Positions 60,576 to 64,000 of a DNA stretch of 64,000 nt are shown here, piece after piece. Where the stretch lies: the NCBI GenBank assembly GCA_949288485.1, contig CASEKC010000001.1:283806-347805 (forward strand), in the 5' to 3' direction. Positions within the stretch are counted from its first letter, which is position 1. The number at the start of each line of letters is the position of its first letter. The DNA comes from an uncultured bacterium (GTDB lineage: Bacteria > Bacillota_I > Bacilli_A > RFN20 > CAG-826). The notes under the pieces are model-generated. The model ran no database searches. It was not told where the DNA came from and saw only the letters and a list, made by a program, of their open reading frames with translations. The position numbers were made by a program, and so were the translations under genes.

Positions 60576-61091
60576 ATGGAATATTTAAAAGTAGCAAAAA
60601 TTCTTTCAACAGTAGGATTAAAAGGCGAAGTTCGTGTCTATACAACTTCCACTTTTAAAAATCTTCGTTATAAAAAAGGAAATTCTCTTTTTTATATGAA
60701 TGAAAATAATGAATATATAGAAATACATATAAAGAACTATCGAAATAAAGAAGGAAACATTGATTATTTAACATTTGAAGAATTCGATTCAATAGAAAAA
60801 GTAGAATTTTTATTAAATAAAGAACTTTTTGCCTTAAAAGATTATAAAAATTTAAAAGATAACGAATATTATTATTCCGATTTAATTTCTTCTACTTGTT
60901 TTGATGAAGATAATAACGAATTAGGAATTATAAAAGATATTAAAGAATTCAATGCTAATGTTTCAATTGAACTAAAACTTAATAATAATAAAATAATATA
61001 TATTCCTTTTAATGATTTTTTTATTAAAAATGTCGATATCACATCAAAAAAAGTTATTATTCATGTTATTGAAGGACTTTTAGAAATATGA
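60576..61091 (+). CDS. rimM: 16S rRNA processing protein RimM
   Basis: GLKGEVRV, EYYYSDLI, IYIPF, IEGLL. Confidence 0.93.
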   Translation: MEYLKVAKILSTVGLKGEVRVYTTSTFKNLRYKKGNSLFYMNENNEYIEIHIKNYRNKEGNIDYLTFEEFDSIEKVEFLLNKELFALKDYKNLKDNEYYYSDLISSTCFDEDNNELGIIKDIKEFNANVSIELKLNNNKIIYIPFNDFFIKNVDITSKKVIIHVIEGLLEI

Positions 61092-61867
61092 TTATAAAAA
61101 TTTTGACTACATTTCCAGAAATGTTTGATTCTTTTTTATCTTCATCGATTATTAAAAGAGCTATTTCTAAAAATTTAGTAAAGGTAAAATTAATCAATCT
61201 TCGTGATTATACTAAAGATAAACATCATCGAACAGATACACCTCCTATTGGTGGAGGAGCTGGGTTAATAATGAAGTGTCAACCTATTTATGATGCTTTA
61301 ATTGCTAATTCGACTAGCGATACTCTTCGTATTATTATGTCTCCACGTGGAAAAACATATAATCAAAAAATGGCTCAAGATATTGTCAAAAATTATAACG
61401 ATATAATTATATTATGCGGTCATTATGAAGGATTAGATGAGCGAATCTATAAATATTTCGATTTAGAATTATCAATTGGCGATTATATCTTAACAGGTGG
61501 AGAAACTGCCTCTTTTGTTTTAATAGATTCATTATCTCGACTTATTGATGGAGTTATTAATAAAGAATCTATAGTTGAAGAAACATTCTCAAGAAATTTT
61601 GTAGAATATCCTCAATATACTGAACCTTATGAGTTTAATGGAGATAAAGTTCCAGATATCTTATATTCAGGAAATCACGAGGCGATAAAAAAATATAATT
61701 TAAAAAAATCAATTGAATACACAATGAAATATCGTCCTGATTTGTTAAATAATTATGAATTTAATAAAGAAGAACTATCGTTGTTAAATGAAATAAAAGA
61801 ACAAAAAATGGCTTCTTGGGAACAAAAAGCCATTGAAAAAGGACATAAATTTATCAAAAAAGATTAA
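61088..61867 (+). CDS. trmD: tRNA (guanine-N1)-methyltransferase
   Basis: GGGAG, SPRG, CGHYEGLDER, SIGDYILTGGE, EYPQYT, SGNH. Confidence 0.97.
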   Translation: MIIKILTTFPEMFDSFLSSSIIKRAISKNLVKVKLINLRDYTKDKHHRTDTPPIGGGAGLIMKCQPIYDALIANSTSDTLRIIMSPRGKTYNQKMAQDIVKNYNDIIILCGHYEGLDERIYKYFDLELSIGDYILTGGETASFVLIDSLSRLIDGVINKESIVEETFSRNFVEYPQYTEPYEFNGDKVPDILYSGNHEAIKKYNLKKSIEYTMKYRPDLLNNYEFNKEELSLLNEIKEQKMASWEQKAIEKGHKFIKKD

Positions 61868-63195
61868 AATTTGAATCCAGGTGGTAACATGCCACCTTTT
61901 TTTCCTTTCATTTGTTTCATCATCATTTGCATTTGTTCGTATTTCTTTAAAACACGGTTAATATCAGCGTTAGTTTTGCCGCTTCCTTTAGCAATTCTAA
62001 CTTTTCTAGAATTTTTTAATATACTAGGATCTGCTCTTTCTTCTGGAGTCATTGAATTAATAATAGCTTCGAAACTTCTCATTTCTTTATTCAATAATTC
62101 TTGTTGTTCATCACTAATTGAAGGCATTCCAGGAATAAGTTTTAATAAACCTTTCATCGACCCCATTTTTTGAATTTGTTTCATTTGTTTTAACATATCA
62201 TCCAAAGTAAAACGTCCTTCCATTAATTTATTGACACTTTTTTTAGCTTCTTTTTCATCAATATTTTCACTAACTTTATCAACTAATGTTAAAATATCAC
62301 CCATTCCTAAAATTCTATCGGCCATTCTATCTGGATAGAAAATATCTAAATCGGAAATTTTTTCGCCAACACCAGCAAACTTAATACCTAAAGAGGTAGC
62401 ACTAGCTATTGATAAAGCAGCCCCACCACGGCTATCTCCATCTAACTTGGTCATAATTACACCGGTTAAGCCTACTTTTTCATTAAAACTGTTTGCAACA
62501 TTTAATGATTCTTGACCACTTAAAGCATCGACTACTAAAAGTTTTTCATCTATTTCAATAGAATTATTAATATCATTTAATTCTTGCATTAAAGCTTCAT
62601 CAATAGAAAGTCGACCTGCAGTATCGATAATTAATACATCATAAAGACCTAATCTAGCAGCTTCATCAGCTTTTTTAGCTATTTCAATTGGTGAAGTATT
62701 TGTTCCCATTTCAAAAAGAGTAACATCTATACTGTTTGCTAATTCTTTTAATTGATCAATTGCTGCAAGTCTATAAACATCACAAGCTGCAAGCATGACT
62801 TTTTTATTTAATTTATTTTTTAATAAATATGCTAATTTTGCTGCTGTAGTTGTTTTACCACTACCTTGTAAACCAACAAGCATAATTTTTGTTGTTCGAT
62901 TTTTTTGATAAAAAATATCTGATTTTCCACTACCTAAAAGTATAGTTAACTCCTCACGAACAATTTTAACAACCATTTCTGAAGGATTTAATTTATCATA
63001 AACATCTAAACCAAGGCATTTTTCCTTAATTTTTGCAATAAATTCTTTAACTACTTTGAAATTAACATCTGCTTCTAAAAGTGCTAATCTAATATCTTTT
63101 AAAATTGAATCCATATTAGATTCAGTTAACTTATGTTCACCTTTTAATCGTTTGATTATTTTCGAAAACTTGTCAGTAAGTGCTTCAAATGCCAT
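61864..63195 (-). CDS. ffh: Signal recognition particle protein
   Basis: ALLEADV, GLQGSGKTT, DTAGR, TKLDG, RILGMGD, Met-rich M domain. Confidence 0.98.
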   Translation of the reverse strand: MAFEALTDKFSKIIKRLKGEHKLTESNMDSILKDIRLALLEADVNFKVVKEFIAKIKEKCLGLDVYDKLNPSEMVVKIVREELTILLGSGKSDIFYQKNRTTKIMLVGLQGSGKTTTAAKLAYLLKNKLNKKVMLAACDVYRLAAIDQLKELANSIDVTLFEMGTNTSPIEIAKKADEAARLGLYDVLIIDTAGRLSIDEALMQELNDINNSIEIDEKLLVVDALSGQESLNVANSFNEKVGLTGVIMTKLDGDSRGGAALSIASATSLGIKFAGVGEKISDLDIFYPDRMADRILGMGDILTLVDKVSENIDEKEAKKSVNKLMEGRFTLDDMLKQMKQIQKMGSMKGLLKLIPGMPSISDEQQELLNKEMRSFEAIINSMTPEERADPSILKNSRKVRIAKGSGKTNADINRVLKKYEQMQMMMKQMKGKKGGMLPPGFKF

Positions 63196-63196
63196 A

Positions 63197-63493
63197 TTAT
63201 TTTAACTCCTTCATAACTTTATCTAAATATTCTTGCGGAATATCCATACTTTCAATATTTTTAATTTTAGCGAAAAGTTTAATTTTTTCTTCATAATATA
63301 TTAAATTATCACAGGCATGTCTTAAAGAATCTAAAACCGCAGTTCGGCTAATATTTAATTCTTCGCTAATTTCTTTTAAAGATAAATTATAAAAATAATA
63401 TTTTTCGATAATATCTTGTTGTTTTTTTGTTAATAATTGACCATAAAGATCGTATAGTTCATTTATGTAATCACGTAAATCTAAATTATTCAT
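63197..63493 (-). CDS. ylxM: YlxM/p13-like helix-turn-helix protein
   Basis: LYDLYGQLLTKKQ...YY..NLSL.EISE...ISRTAV.D; lies between ftsY and ffh. Confidence 0.9.
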   Translation of the reverse strand: MNNLDLRDYINELYDLYGQLLTKKQQDIIEKYYFYNLSLKEISEELNISRTAVLDSLRHACDNLIYYEEKIKLFAKIKNIESMDIPQEYLDKVMKELK

Positions 63494-64000
63494 TTTCAAT
63501 CAAACCATGGACATATTTACTTAAATCAAATAATTCTAAGTCATCCATTTTTTCACCTAAACCAATAAATCTAACTGGTATATCTAACTCATTTTTTATA
63601 GATAAAATGATACCGCCTTTACTAGTTCCATCCATTTTAGTAAGAATAATGCCACTTAATGGTAAAATTTCTTTAAAAGCTTTCGCTTGTAAAACTCCGT
63701 TTTGTCCAGTTGTCGCATCAATAATTAAAAAAGATTCATCTAATGTAAAGCCTTCTTTTTCAATAACTTTTCCTATCTTTTTAAGTTCATTCATTAGGTT
63801 TACTTTGTTTTGCAATCTACCTGCAGTATCAATAATGACTAAATCATATTCATTACTTTTGCATTTTTCTAATCCATTATAAACTACACTTGCTGGATCG
63901 CTGTTTTCTTTGCCACTAACTATATCAGCTTTAATTTTTTCACTCCAATAAGTTAATTGTTCTTTTGCTCCGGCTCTAAAAGTATCGGCAGCGATTAATA
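63486..64000 (-). CDS. ftsY: SRP receptor FtsY (C-terminal part; gene begins beyond window)
   Basis: AADTFRAGAKEQL, DPASV, DTAGRLQNK, DATTGQNG, TKMDGTSKGG, GLGEKMDDL. Confidence 0.96.
   Translation of the reverse strand, partial: LIAADTFRAGAKEQLTYWSEKIKADIVSGKENSDPASVVYNGLEKCKSNEYDLVIIDTAGRLQNKVNLMNELKKIGKVIEKEGFTLDESFLIIDATTGQNGVLQAKAFKEILPLSGIILTKMDGTSKGGIILSIKNELDIPVRFIGLGEKMDDLELFDLSKYVHGLIENE

Overview
Very AT-rich chromosomal window from a genome-reduced Bacillota/Bacilli lineage. It uses genetic code 11; no UGA-Trp read-through is needed. An uncultured RFN20/RF39-like gut bacterium is my inference, not a database result. In order: (1) 1-6.8 kb Gram-positive polysaccharide utilisation locus: tandem-CBM4/9 lipoprotein, LacI, GH43 lipoprotein, sugar ABC transporter and a LacI/cre-type operator. 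(2) 7-24.5 kb metabolic and transport genes (galE, corA, mntP, GH31, esterases, ABC, MATE, an EF-G paralogue) with three solitary tRNAs. (3) Two large orphan lipoproteins, then a complete F1Fo ATP synthase operon with a lipoprotein-type b subunit and a Na+-type c-ring signature. (4) A 4.4 kb accessory islet between convergent tRNA-Ala and tRNA-Arg. It holds a papain-like peptidase, two paralogous small membrane proteins, a divergent membrane-anchored XRE regulator and lipoproteins, and is bracketed by a 49-bp direct repeat. (5) The conserved polC-rseP-dxr-cdsA-frr-pyrH-tsf-rpsB-xerC-trmFO-topA-dprA-rnhB-rbgA-rplS and ffh-ylxM-ftsY blocks, with rpsP-khpA-rimM-trmD inverted in place. I saw no CRISPR array, rRNA, IS element or prophage.
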